Source of the DNA: Selaginella moellendorffii
Lineage: Eukaryota; Plantae; Lycopodiophyta
Direction of reading: 5' to 3'
Assembly (NCBI RefSeq): GCF_000143415.4
Contig: NW_003314273.1
Location: 1-64,000 of the forward strand
Length of the DNA: 64,000 nt
A program made the position numbers and the translations under genes. Shown piece by piece: positions 48,640 through 61,557 of this stretch (position 1 is its first letter; each line of letters starts with the position of its first letter). Below the pieces are notes generated by a model that saw nothing but the letters and a program-made list of their open reading frames with translations, made no database searches and was not told where the DNA came from.

Positions 48640-49752
48640 TCAATAAAGTTTCTTCTAGAACAAAGAAAAGGCAAACTTAACTCATCAGAGAAGTCATCAA
48701 CATTAACGATTGCATCAATAAGTTGCCTCACATGAACTTTCTTTTGGGTAAAAACGACATGCACGCTTTTCATCACACCAGAGTTTGCAAACCTTGCTTG
48801 GCTACGCTTTCTCTTTGCCTTTTCGGCTGCCACCCCAGGGAGGTGGCGGTGGAGGACAAAGGACTGCCTCGGCCCCTGCTGCTACTGCCACCTCTGCCGT
48901 GGCTGCCGCCATCACCCAGTTGCTAGCTCGGCCATCACCTCGGCAGCTGCTGCCACCTCCGCCATCACCTCGACGGCTGTTGCCACCTCCGCTGTCACCA
49001 TGTCCCCCACTCCCACCAGCTGCTCCACCGCTCGCACTAGCTTCACGTAGAGCGCTCATGACAAAGTAGCACAAAAACTCAAGTTTCCCCAGGTGGATGC
49101 CCACTAGCCTGGCTGGATGAATAGAGAAGATCGCTCCCCCGCGATCCTCATCTCCAACGTACGCGGTTTTCAAACAAGAAAAGAAAGATTAACTCACAAT
49201 AAGAAACGGTATGATCAAAATATACCAGCGTACATCGTGGAAGAATAGTGGCAACGATCAGCACTTTGTCCTCCTCGTCCGTCGCATCTCTCTGCGTAGT
49301 ACTGCTGATCAACCTCCGGGAGGTATGCCAAGAAGTGACCGCCTCCCTAGCTTCATCAGCTCCGTGCTTACTGGGAGAAAAGGCATGTCCTTTTCGATCT
49401 GCAGCATTGCGATCTCGTGCTCCTCATCCACAGCGACAAACGTAGCGCTCATCCTGGCCTGGAAAAGAACTGCCCATTTGCACCGGAAAGGGTCGTAGCC
49501 GGAGAGAGCAGGGACGCCTGCAAACCAAGGCGAGGGAGCAGCATGGATTTCTAGCCAGGAATCAAGAGAAAGTTCTCACCTTGGATCCACCATGACGACA
49601 GTCGTGATCGTTGTGACAGAAGAGAGGAAGTGTACTTCACCTTTGACCACTTAGAAGTGTAGCCGACCCAGTGCCGATCGTGCATCACGGAAATCATCAT
49701 CTTCCACCTCGAATCTTCCATAGCGCCGAGCCGTCTCGCTGCTAGAAGCCAT
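48640..49752 (-). pseudogene. Third, divergent trypsin-fold gene (stop and frameshifts)
   Basis: SALGRLHF*, TVVMVDP, ATFVAVDEEHEIAMLQIEKDMPFLPV, DRGGAIFSIHPARLVGIHLG. 3' end uncertain. Confidence 0.6.
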
Positions 49753-49772
49753 CAGACCAATTGGTAGAAGAC

Positions 49773-51390
49773 TAGGGTTTAAGGGGGTTTTACTAGAAAG
49801 AAGTGTTTTTTAGGAGAGTTTTCTTTTCTTTCCCGCGCGGCGAAGCGTGCTTGGCCTTTGTCTTCGGCTATTTCCTCTTCATCTACGTCACGCCCGTGGA
49901 TGTCAAGGTAGGGATTCTCGCCACGAATGTAGCTAGAGTTTGAGAAATTTATGATCACTTGGACAAGGAGCTTGAAGCCAAGCCGCTACGCCGGAGATTC
50001 CTTTAGTCCAGAGTAAGTGCCAATCTTTCTTTCCTCTTTCATGTCGCATTTTTCTAAAACAAATTCTTAGCGGATCTACCTTGACATTGCTTACTCTGGC
50101 TTGCAAATGCAGGCTATTTGCAAAACACTGCTAAACCATACTGGGATACCGGGCGAAGTTCAAGCCATAGATGTCACCTTATCGACGGTCTCAACTTATC
50201 GATGGGACTGACGTCTTGATCACGAAGTGGAAGGAATACGATAACCAATACTGGAAGCTAGTTCCTACTCGTAAGTTTTTCGATGGTTTTGTCTTGGATC
50301 TTCGCTAAATGAAGTATCTACAGGTGATAGCACTGGTGGAGCCGATCATTTCCACCGTGTTTTGAGGACCGAGAACCGTGTGGCTGATCGCTCCTTGAAT
50401 CACCACCAAGGCCGGAGAAGGTTACAGCGTGACTGCGCGTTGTCCTCGCTCGAATTGGAGTCCTCGACATTAATCACGTTTGTAGGTAGTTTTTTTCCTT
50501 TGTTCTTGTACGTACTGTGTTTGACGACTTCGTCTCGCAGGCATCAAAGTGTTTGATACTCACGTTACGGTCAAGGCGTTTGGCCTCTCCAGCTTGGTAG
50601 CTACATCGCTTTTCTGTTCTCTCTCTTCCAGCGTCTGAAATTTCTTTCTTTCTTCGTGAAGTACGTTGCTGCATTCGGGAATGCTTCGAGGGATCACAGT
50701 CTCTCTAACGCAGAAGGTTTTCTTCGTGAAAGTTCTTTTGACACAGTATTCCTGTCAGCCTCTTGTGGATCTGGTTTGAAACCTGTTCATGTCGGCTTTT
50801 GCGTTTGTCCAGGTTGTATGGAATGCGATAGAAGAGTTTTACCTTTGTACTGACAAAGCGATCAAGGATAAAGTATCGGAAATGTACTTATGGCCCAGAA
50901 CAATGGAAATCAACGTCAAAGACGATCCGAGGTAAGACTTAGCGTGGAAGTCGTACATATACTCATGAATACCTCTCAGAGCGCTGTTGCGGAAAGTCAA
51001 GGTTGTCGGGGCGAGTGGTGAAAGACCGTTTGCCAAGAAACCGTGAAAAAGAACACTCTCAATCCAAATTCGAACGAAACCTTTAACGTTTGGAATCTCA
51101 AGCTCTTGAGCTATTTGTCTAACTGGGCAAAGGTACGTGACGAGGCTTCTGATTCATACCAAGCCCATCCATAGTGTTTAAGGGAAGAAGTTGCTAATGC
51201 CGTCGAAAAGCTCCAGAAGAAAACGGTTTGGTGCCGAAGACTTGGAAGGCAAGCATCACACGAACTGAGGCTCGCATTTAGAGGCAAAGCAAAGAAAACC
51301 AAGGTACGCAGAGTCCTCCCTTGATTTGGTTTTTGTTCTTTCTCTGTTGTCTTTGCTGGTGGTTTCTCAGGTTATAAAGAAGAACAAAGA
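49773..51390 (+). pseudogene. Deletion-riddled synaptotagmin duplicate with foreign inserts
   Basis: Colinear patches identical to 52200-54230 including intron sequence (e.g. gtggatgtcaaggtagggattctcgcca). Confidence 0.9.
50195..50270 (+). pseudogene. Ricin-B/EUL-type lectin exon fragment
   Basis: DGTDVLITKWKEYDNQYWKLVP (QxW motif) followed by a GTAAGT donor. Confidence 0.55.
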
Positions 51391-52232
51391 TAAAGAACAA
51401 CCTTCAAGTTCGAAAGATCTTTTAAAGAAAATATACAAAAGAGGTTTAGATGGTCCTTGCGTTATCTTGACATTTGTACTAACTTGGCTGCCTGCGCAGA
51501 CCGTTTTCGCTCAAATCTCTCGAGCACTGAGTTTTCTCCCCCAATGGCATTGAGCTTACCTCGGGCAATTGTGAAGACTTCCCTGATGAGTTGAGTTCGT
51601 CTTTTCTTTGTTTTCACAGGAAGAACTGGTGTTTTCACATGTTGTTCCAGAGGCAAGATTCAGAGCTTACGCACGAGGAAACTCCGGCTACATCGTGAAG
51701 GCAGCCATTGTCAAGAAAGAAAGATCGTAGCTCACTAGCGGACGTAGAAGAAACCTGTCGAGAGCTCAAGTTCAAGCGGTTGATTTTCAAGCCGAGTTTC
51801 TACTCGAAAAGCAAGCTCTCCAATCCAGTTTGCAGGCATTCGTTTCGTTCAGGGTGACATACACACTTGCCAGAGGAAGCCGCGCCAACGATGGCGTCGC
51901 ATTGTGCTCTCTTCGATTATTGTTAACTCTATTATATATTTATTACCAAATTAGAGAGAGAGAGAGAGAGAGAGAGAGAGTGTGTGTGTTCCTCTATATC
52001 AAAATTTTAAGAGCGGCTAGTTATGTACTAAGTTCACGGACACACGACCAAGTGCCCTGCCACTTGTCCTTCGATGGGAATATCCATGTCTTTGTTGACA
52101 AAGTGTCGGCGAATATTCCACTATCCAATACTTAGTAAAGCGCGTTTCAGGGGAGAGAAGTGTGAGGCTTCTACATATGGACACGAGGCGCCGGTGAGAG
52201 AATAGGGTTTTTCTTTTCTTTCGCGTGCGGCA

Positions 52233-54522
52233 ATGGGGTTGATCGGCACCGTGCTGGGCCTTGTTGGATTCGCCTGGGGAATCGGCTTTGGCGTCGTCAT
52301 TGGCTACTTCCTCTTCATCTATTTCACGCCTGTGGATGTCAAGGTAGGGATTCTCGCCATGAATGTAGCTAGATTATGAGGAATTTCTCATGTGCTGATC
52401 GCTTGCCTCGCAGGATCCTATAATCCGACCTTTGCAGGAGCTTGATACCAAGTCGCTGCAGGAGCTATTGCCAGAGATTCCTCTCTGGGTTAAAAATCCA
52501 GACTATGATAGAGTGAGTGCCAATCTTTCTGTGATTCCTTTCTTCGATGGACGATCATGGTCGCATTTTCTTTTGCCAGGTGGACTGGCTAAACAAATTC
52601 TTAGCGGATCTTTGGCCTTTCCTTGACAAGGTGTGATGCTTGAACAATATGGCTAGATTTTATTATATCTTACTTTATGGTTGCATGACTTGCAAATGCA
52701 GGCTATTTGCAAGATCATTCGTGACACTGCCAAACCATACATTGATGAATACGGGGCGAAGTACAAGCTACAGTCGTGCGAATTCGAGGCCTTGACATTA
52801 GGCACGCTGCCACCGACGTTTGTAGGTAACGTTTTTCATTTTTCTTTTTCTTTTTCTTTTTTTTTTTTTTGTTTTTACGACTTCTTCTCTCAGGCATCAA
52901 AGTGTATGATACTCAAGAGAAGGAGATGATTATCGAGCCGTCTCTTAAATGGGCTGGAAATCCAAACATTCTCGTTGCTGTCAAGGCGTTTGGTCTCAGA
53001 GCGACTGTCCAGGCTAGTAGTTACAGCGCTTTTTTTTCTCTTCCAGCGTCTGAGCTTTTGCCCTTTCTTCAGGTTGTCGACTTGCAAGTGTTCGCCACCG
53101 CACGCGTTACGTTGAAGCCCCTTGTTGCTGCATTCCCATGCTTTTGCAAGATCATAGTCTCTCTAATGGACAAGGTTTACTTTTTTTTTTTCTCCTGTTT
53201 AAGTTCTTTTGACATAACATTCCTGCCAGCCTCATGTGGATTTTGGTTTGAAACTTCTCGGTGGCGACTTAATGGCAATTCCAGGGCTTTATGCGTTTGT
53301 CCAGGTTTTTTGGAATTCGAAAAAAAGTTTTACCTCTATACTCACAAAGCTGATTTCTCAGGACCTGATCAAGGATAAAGTCTCAGAAATGTACTTGTGG
53401 CCAAGAACACTGGAAATCAACGTCATAGACGATCCGAAGTAAGAATTTAATTCGGGGACATCATACATATACTTTATAATTACCTCTCAGAGCGGTAAAG
53501 AAACCTGTTGGAATGCTGGAAGTCAAGGTTGTCAAGGCGATGGGCCTCAAGAAGAAAGACCTCATGGGGAAGTCTGACCCATACGTGAGGCTGGTCCTCG
53601 GTGAAGGACCGTTTGCCAAGAAGAAAACGACCGTGAAAATGAACACTCTCAATCCAGAATGGAACGAAAACTTTCACATGCTTGTTCTGGATCCAGAATC
53701 TCAAGCTCTTGAGCTATTTGTTTACGACTGGGAAAAGGTACGTGGTTCTCCTACAAGCATTATAACGAACTTAAATGGGCTTGCAGATTGGATCCCATGA
53801 CAAGATTGGTATGCAAGTTGTTCCATTGAAAGGCATCGTTCCTGGTGAAACAAAGACTTTGACATTAGACCTGGTTAAGAGTATGGATCCCAATGATCCA
53901 GCAAATCAGAAGCCTCGTGGTCAGCTTACAATTGAACTGACTTACAAAGCGTTCAAGGAGGATCAAGACATTCCAATCGAAGAAGAAGATGCTAATGCCG
54001 TCGAAAAAGCTCCCGAAGGTACTCCCGAAGGAGGTGGTCTGCTTGTTGTGACTCTCCATGGTGCCGAAGACTTGGAAGGCAAGCACCACACGAATCCTTA
54101 TGTGAGGCTGACGTTTAGAGGCGAAACAAAGAAAACCAAGGTAAGTAGTGTCCGGTTGATTTGGTTTTTGTTCTTTCTCTGTTTTGTTCACGCGTGGTTT
54201 TTTTCAGGCTATAAAGAAGAACCGAGATCCCCGATGGGATCAAGAGTTCCAGTACCTTTTAGCGGAGCCACCAGTGGAGGACCGCTTGCGAGTGGAAGTC
54301 ATAAGTAAAGCAATGGGAATTGGAGTCCACCTGCGTGTAAGTTTTTCTAGCCATGTACTTCCAGGAACAGCGTCTTAGTTACGGCAAATGCAGGAAAATC
54401 TGGGATACGCAGACATCAACCTTGCGGACGTGGTGAATAACAAGCGGATCAACGAAACTTATCAGCTGATCGACTCCAAAAACGGCAAGATTCAAATCGA
54501 GATGGAGTGGAGAGCGAGCTGA
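52233..54522 (+). CDS. Plant synaptotagmin (TM-SMP-C2-C2), SYT1/SYTA-like, multi-exon
   Basis: N-terminal TM segment, EIPLWVKNPDYDR, LTLGTLPPTF, KKKDLMGKSDPYV, KHHTNPYV, ending KNGKIQIEMEWRAS*. Confidence 0.95.
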
Positions 54523-55049
54523 GCCAACACAACGGGAGACTGTTCGTGGCAGCTTCTTCAGAGGAATCAAGTCATCCGGGGCGTGAGCGAGCGTAAAATG
54601 GAGAAACAATAAACAATCCACATAGGCTTCATAATCTCTGTACAGTTTGAGCACTTTTCTGAGCTGTTGTAACTAAGGTTTGATTGGAACTAGTAGTCCA
54701 ATGTGATGTTAAGACTGGCCACATTATTTTCTATAAAGCTTCCCTACTCTTTTCTGCCTTAAGAGTTCACGCAGTAGCAGCAGCAGCACACGATCCGTCA
54801 AACAAGTAGGCAGGATCATACTTCAAGCCCTTGTTCACCTTGACATCACCCACACCATTGATAGCCTTGATCAGCTCAATGATCGTCGTCCGTCTTGGCT
54901 ACTTTCACACCACCGCTAGCGCACACCTCGTGATCAAAGTCCTCTACCCTCGTGTTGAAGCAAGATCGTTCGCATCTTCTAGACTTGTCTCCCCGGTCTT
55001 GCTCGCTCTCAAAGTTGCGTGACAGCAGCAAGTTTGTCATGCCCTCGTC

Positions 55050-55410
55050 ATGGGCTTTCTCCTCTCCGGCACCGCTCCACTTGGCTATAGTTCCAAAACG
55101 TCTCCTCGCTCATGAGCTTGGGGACGTTGTCCTCAAAGTAGCGCCGGAAGTGAGGCTTGAGCTGGTGTGGGGCGTGGGCATGTGATCGGCTGACTGCCGG
55201 AACTGGACCCTCTGCCTCTTGAACAGCCGGACGGTGATGCCATCTTGTTCGCTCGTCTCGAGCATCAGGTTTTGGATTTGCCGTGGGTGGCAGCGGACAC
55301 AAGACTTTTCTACTCCACGCACCATGTTCTTCGTAGTGGTAGTCGTCGTTCCCAGCATCACTCGTTCTTCTTCATCATCAAGGCTTGCAAGACAGAATGG
55401 AATCAAGTGC
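55050..55410 (-). pseudogene. BSD-domain gene fragment
   Basis: PHFRRYFEDNVPKLMSEETFWNY resembles the BSD VP..MSEE.FW motif. Frameshifted. Confidence 0.5.
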
Positions 55411-55588
55411 TAGACAAGATGGTAAACCTGTCTCATACAATTGCTAGAAGTCCCAATGCGTTTTAGCGGCATTGCCCAGCTTGAGAGGCCATCTGTTGAA
55501 AGGTTTGAAGACCACCACCTTTTATCACCAGTGTCTAAGAATTCTTGTTTTAAGAAAATTAAAAGAGTTTAAAGAAAAAAAATTTACA

Positions 55589-55661
55589 TGGAGATGGGAG
55601 GTATCGATCCTCCTACCTGTTATATGCGGAACAACTGCTCTACCATTTGAGCTACATCCCC
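55589..55661 (-). tRNA. tRNA-Ala(CGC), atypical C33
   Basis: GGGGATG TA GCTC AAATGGTA GAGC A GTTGT TCCGCAT ATAAC AGGTA GGAGG ATCGATA CCTCC CATCTCC A. Full cloverleaf, G3:U70, downstream T-run. Confidence 0.88.
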
Positions 55662-56032
55662 TAATTGTTATAATGCACATATAAACTAAACTAAATCAAA
55701 TGAAAATAGTTCGTTTATAATCAAGCTTATGTTTAATCTCTAGCCGCTCAACCAAGCATATGATCAATACACTCAAAAAAGAAAAATAAGAAAAGGAATT
55801 CATTTTTGTTTTCCTTTGCTAAGTTTCTGTCTCTGTGCTGGTTGCCATGGACGAGCCAGAGGCTAGACTAACAGATGCCAAGATGGCTACTGAGTTACCA
55901 CCCGGCTGACCAGTGGCTCTTTTTCAATAATTCGACATCTACACAAAGATGGTTTAGTTTGATGCATATATATTCTGATACAAATTTCAAGAAGTTCCGT
56001 TGTGGAAGAATAATCAAAACCATTGCTTTTGA

Positions 56033-57650
56033 AGCTCCGGGCTCCTCATTGGTTTTACCCCTGCTGTAAATATTTGTTGAAGAAGGTATGTCACTTCCAT
56101 TGCATGCCAGACATTTACTTATGTTGCTCATGGTTTGGATCCCTCTCTCCGGAGATCTAAGCCATTCTAGGTAATAAAACTCTAAATCTCTTTTGATGCT
56201 CTCACATTTTCTATTCTACTTTTTGCAGCGCAAACTTTTGAAAGTGGAGAGGACAAAAGTAAGCTGCACTTAAATGTATACTACCTACCAAGTTACAAAT
56301 ATAGATACTTGAAGCAGAGTTTTTACGTATTGCAAGTCTCTCATAGCATCAGGGTCCAGGAATTCCACTTGATTGGCATGGATTTGAGCTTCAACTTCCT
56401 TGACGAGTTGGTTCACTTTTCTTTTAAAGTCGATGCAGAGGAGAATGTAGTCATGGTTCGCATCTACTACTGTGTTCATTAAACCATCTGCTAGCGAGAG
56501 AAAAGGTTCCAAAGCGTTACTGTGGAGAGATTAAAGCCTCGAGATGCAAGGATGTTGGAGGCGCTGGTGATACTCCCAAGCCAAGCATTGGCGCAGCCTT
56601 ACTCTGAAACCAAGAAACACACTGACTTTCTCATATTTGCTTGCCGCCAAGTCGCCCTCGGCGCTAGAGCATCTCAATTGATCAAATATCTTGTATTTAT
56701 ATGAATCATTGGTAGTATTGTCTCAACAGGCTGGTGTTTTCCTTTGTGCACAGATAAAATTGCTGCACTAATTTGAATTTTATATAAGAAGTTAAAATAC
56801 TTTTTAACCTCTTGGCTCAACATGTTTCTATAGCTCTCTATGATGCAAATTTAACAAGTCGGAGGAGACCGAAGAGGCAAGTGTTCCCCCTTTTCTTGCA
56901 TTTGAGTGATGAAATTTTAGGCTGGCATAGATGATAGGTGATACTGAAGATCTCACCCACTATTGCTTCTGGTGATCAAAACTGGTCTGGAACTGGCAGG
57001 ATGACAAGAGAGAGAGGCTGTGGAAGCTCTTGATCTACTATGTACAGAGAAGTTGGAGCCTCTTCTGAGATTAACACATTGAAAAGAGCTATGGTTGCTT
57101 TTAACAAGTACAAGATCATGAAGAGGAAGTTGAGGCGATTTCTCAGCGAGATGCTAAGGAACAATGACACTGAGTGGCTATGCTGAAGGTTTTCCCCTCA
57201 ACTCCTTAACCTCGTATGATCTCAACAGAACCTTGAACGTGGAACAATTAGTCTAGAAAGCGTAGAACTTTTAAAAGTGTAATTGACCATTGTTGAACAT
57301 TCAGCTGACTCAAGCTTGACTCCTCCGTCACAACCATGGTTGACTGTTATATCAGTGGCTCAAATTTGACAAGCACTAGTCAACCTTAGTTGACTATCTT
57401 CAGAAGACCCCCTGTGGATAAAAACAGTGTAGAAAGTTCTTTCTTTTACCTTTGTGTACGAGAGTTGTGTCACTCCACCGATTGGGGTGCCGCAAAATCA
57501 AAATGAGGATCGTATGGTTCATGCCAAGACATTGATCCTTGTTTTAACATTTGCAAGATTTTAATCGATGCAATGCAATGCAATGGAAGTGACATACCTT
57601 CTTCAACAAATATTTACAGCAGTGGTAAAACCAATGAGGAGCCCGGAGCT
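56033..57650. repeat. 73-bp inverted repeat pair (56033-56105 and 57578-57650)
   Basis: One mismatch between arms. No TSD seen. Confidence 0.9.
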
Positions 57651-58397
57651 CGTGAGCTAAACAAGTCAATGAAAGTCAATAAAAAGTCGCCAATAAAGTC
57701 AAATAAAGTCAACATAAATCTCCAAAGACTGTCCATTCATCGCATCGAGCCGAACACCGTGATTGTATGACGTATCTGTGACCTCTTTCTCCGCGGTCCT
57801 ACCGTATACACATATTTATAGTAACCCTAATTGACGAATATTCACTTGTCCGCCCTGAAAAGATCCAAATATGCATCTCCGCATTTGCTGCTTCTGGTTC
57901 TTGGTCTTGATGATCACGTAGGAAGCAGGATCAGCATCATGATCATCGGCAGCAAAGTAGACGGTCTTGACAATCCACTTCATGAAAACATTAGGGCTGT
58001 TGTCACTGTCCAGGGAAATAATCGTTGGGAGCGTTCTGGTTCGGCTGAAAGTTTCTGTATATGTCGCCTACTTCCAAAATAACAACAAAGAAAACGCTAA
58101 CGATTGTCCGTATGTACAGAAATACATTGTTGAAAAATATTGACGAATAAAACAAAAGAAAGCCAAGTGAACATCATCAATTAGTCAATCAAACAAACCA
58201 AATAAGTAAACACACCTGGGATCGTGAACAAAACCAGCCAAGCTGAATATTCTACGTCGTAAAGCGTGATAATATTCCGTCAAGTGACCGTGGAGCGTGA
58301 GAAATCGCGGTCGTACGGACATTCGCGAGCGAGGGAAAGAGAGGAAGAGCTAGACGAAAGAGAGGGAGAGACAGAGGAAAGAAGGAGCGAGCCGGCA

Positions 58398-61300
58398 ATG
58401 GCGAGGAGGAAGAATCGGAGGTGTTCGCCGTCAGCCGATGATCGCGATGCTGCTCCCGCCGCCGCCGCTCCTCCTCCTTCTCCTCCTACTCCACCTCCGC
58501 CTGGAAATTCCTCTCCTCTGGTGTCGCTCGAGATGGAATCCAGCACAATGCAGGAGATCACGCGCGTCGTGGGGAGGATCGTCGTCGACAAGCCAGCTAT
58601 CCAAGAAGCGGAGGCGCCGCAGCCGAAGAAAGATCCACCCGGCGAGCCGCAGAAGCAGCAAAATGCACAGATTTCGCAGCCGATCCATCGATCTTCGCAG
58701 CCGGCGGATGGATCCGGCGGGACGAATCTTGCCGCGGCTATGCATGGCGCTCCATCGCGAGCATTGCTCGTCTCTGGGATCCCGCAGCACATCGTCGACC
58801 CTCTGGTGATGCAAGATCTGGAATCTTGGGGTCCCATTCGATCTTTCTTCCTCGGCGCTCGAGCGCAAGGCTGTATTACGGTCTACTACTACGATCTTCG
58901 CCACGCGCAGGACGCGCTTCTCTCCATCCGGTCGCAGTACTTCTTCCAGCAGTGTAATCCGGCTCGTTTCGCGCAGCATTCCTACCAGAATCCCCAGAAT
59001 CACCAGGCTTTGGCTGGCCCCTCGCAGCCGCCACAGCAATCTTGCGGCCCAAAGCCATACGAGCCGGTGAAACACGAGCTGGCCAACATCGGATTTGTCA
59101 CGGAGGATCATCTCCATCGCCAGCAGCAGCAGCAGCCCGAGACGATCCCTCCTTCTGCTTCCAAGTTTTCTCCCTTTGCGATTCCCTTCGTCAGCGATCT
59201 CAGCTACAGCGAGGGCCGCGGATTGATCGGCGGATGCCCAGCATGGGCGGAGTTCGTCACTATCTCTCCCTCGTATCCCTTGATCGATTCGCCCAACCAG
59301 GGGACCTTGGTCGTGTTCTATCTCCGGATGAACATTACTCACGCCGAACTCGCAAGTATCTTCAAGCAATACGGTAAGCCCATGCATTTTCAAGAATTTG
59401 AGCATATCTATAGAACTAGACCATCCCATTGAATTGCTTCCAAGACTGTAGCTTCATGTTAGTTCAGTTTTGATTTGCGTGATCAGTTTATGCATGAATT
59501 CTTTGTGGCTTGAGTGATTGTTTTTGTGTGTGTCTAGTTTGGTATTAGTCAAGGTTTGCTCGCGGATTTGCTTGATATCATAGTGGATTCTTGGATATGT
59601 ATGAATTCTCTTGTAGTTTCTTCGCCAACTAGAGTTCTAATCTAGCGAAAGCCTCTATTCTAAAGTTTTCAATCTTCTTTTAACGCAGGTGACGTGAGAG
59701 AAATCCGCGAAGCCCCCAGCAGGAGGAGCAGATTCGTGGAGTTTTACGACATACGGGACGCTGCCCGGGCCAAGGAAGCTCTGGACGGGCTCGAGGTATT
59801 GGGACGGCGGATTAAGATCGAATTTAGCAGGCCGTGTCAACCAAGGAACGCCTACAACACCACCCCGGCCTTATATCCTTCCTTCGTCCCGTACTACCCG
59901 TACTACTACAACGCAAGCTCCGCCACGCCACCGTACCACCAGCACGATCAAACTACTGAAACGGCATACTACACGTACGGCCCCTCCCCGCAATACGATC
60001 ACGCCGCCAACACCAGCACTGCAGACACCGCCTACAATTTTGGAAGAGCCGCCGCATTCCACTATTATGTTCCAGGGGCATACAACCTTAGTTACGCTCT
60101 CGGTACCGGGTACTATGGCTATCCAAACTACAGCCACCACCACTACCAGCAGCAACAGCTTTACGGATATTACAACCAGCAGCAGCAGCCGCAACAGCAG
60201 CAGTACTCCCGGACGTACGCTAGCGCTCCCCCACTGTTGCCGTCACCACGGTTTAATGCGAGCGTACCTCGTGGATATGGTCGGGCTGGACCAGCGGCGG
60301 CCTCAGTCACCACCAGGCGGCGCTTTGAGATCAGCGCTTACAATCAGCAGCAGCCAGCGTCGCTCAGAACCCGGGACGAGAGCGCTGCCAGTGCCAGTGG
60401 CAACCTTGGCGATGGCAGAGGCTGCATTGTCAGCTTTTCTTCGGAGCGTATCTACGAAGAATCCAAGTGGACTGGTAGGAAGCACAGGGTGGTGAGAAGG
60501 ATCGCAAGGGACGAGTCTCAGTACGTTTTCAACACGGGGGAGGAAGAGGAAAGCGGACGTACCACGCTGATGATCAGGAACATTCCCAATAAATACAGGT
60601 AGACTTGGTCGAATATATGCTTTCTGATCGTTAGCTTTTTTCACCTCTTTTCTTTTGTTGTAGCCTTCGCATAGTGATTCGGGTGCTGGACCAGCACTGT
60701 ATCACCTACAACAATGGCCTGGGAGAGGACGAAAAGGTTTCTGCTTACGACTTTGTTTATCTCCCAGTGGATTTCATGTAAGCCACGAAACCTTTACGCT
60801 TGCTTTCTTTTCCTTCATATTGATTACTGTCGTCAGCTATGATCAATTAATACTGGAGCTATGCGCACGCAGGAACAGATCCAACCTTGGATACGCCTTC
60901 GTTAATTTCACCACGGTGGTGGCAACCAAAAGGCTGCACAACGACTTCCACGGCCGACGCTGGGAGGAATTCAAGTCCCGGAAAGTCTGTCAGGTTGCTT
61001 ATGCCCGGCTCCAGGCGAGTAAAACTCTAGAACCAAACGATCTCGGATAGCTGACTTGTCAACATTGTTTTGCTACAGGGCCGAGAACAACTAGAGGAGC
61101 ACTTCAAGAACTCCCGATTTGCCTGTGACACCGACGAGTACTTGCCGCTGGTGTTTAGTCCTCCAAGGACGGGCTTGCAGTGTTCTTCGCCAACGGTGGT
61201 GTCCTCCTTGGCCGCGAGAAAGGCCGGGGGCAAGCGTCTGGAGATTAAGTCACTCGAGAATTTGCCGACACCAGATCCATCGCAGGAGGCGACCGAAGCG

Positions 61301-61477
61301 CCACAGACAAGCATTGATCTCGAGTCGGGATCCGAGCAGCCGTGGGAGGGCGATCAGATTGACGACGACGACGACGAGAACTTTGAGTCTGAGGATCTGG
61401 AAGAAGAGCTGGACGAAGACGATGACGATGGTGGATCCTCGCAGGATAATGACGAAGATGGAGAAGGCAACCAGTGA
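58398..61477 (+). CDS. Terminal ear1-like / MEI2-like RRM RNA-binding protein
   Basis: RRM1 (VYYYDLRHAQDA), RRM2 (NQGTLVVF, RFVEFYDIRDAARA), RRM3 (RTTLMIRNIPNKY, YDFVYLPVDF, NLGYAFVNFT). Introns 59374-59688, 60599-60663, 60778-60872, 61015-61078. Confidence 0.93.
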
Positions 61478-61557
61478 GAGTGGTGAGCGCTCTCTGGAAG
61501 AAGTTAACGCCAATGAAATAAACATCCTTCATTCCAGATTTTAGGGTTCTTGGCAGG

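Noticed and set aside
47850-48645. AT-rich MITE/MULE-like element
   Set aside because: Only ~10 bp of inverted match (TGAATGATTA) and no convincing TSD.
57280-57715. W-box (TTGAC) clusters upstream of the TE1-like gene
   Set aside because: Short motif that is also common in repeat remnants; function cannot be supported from sequence.
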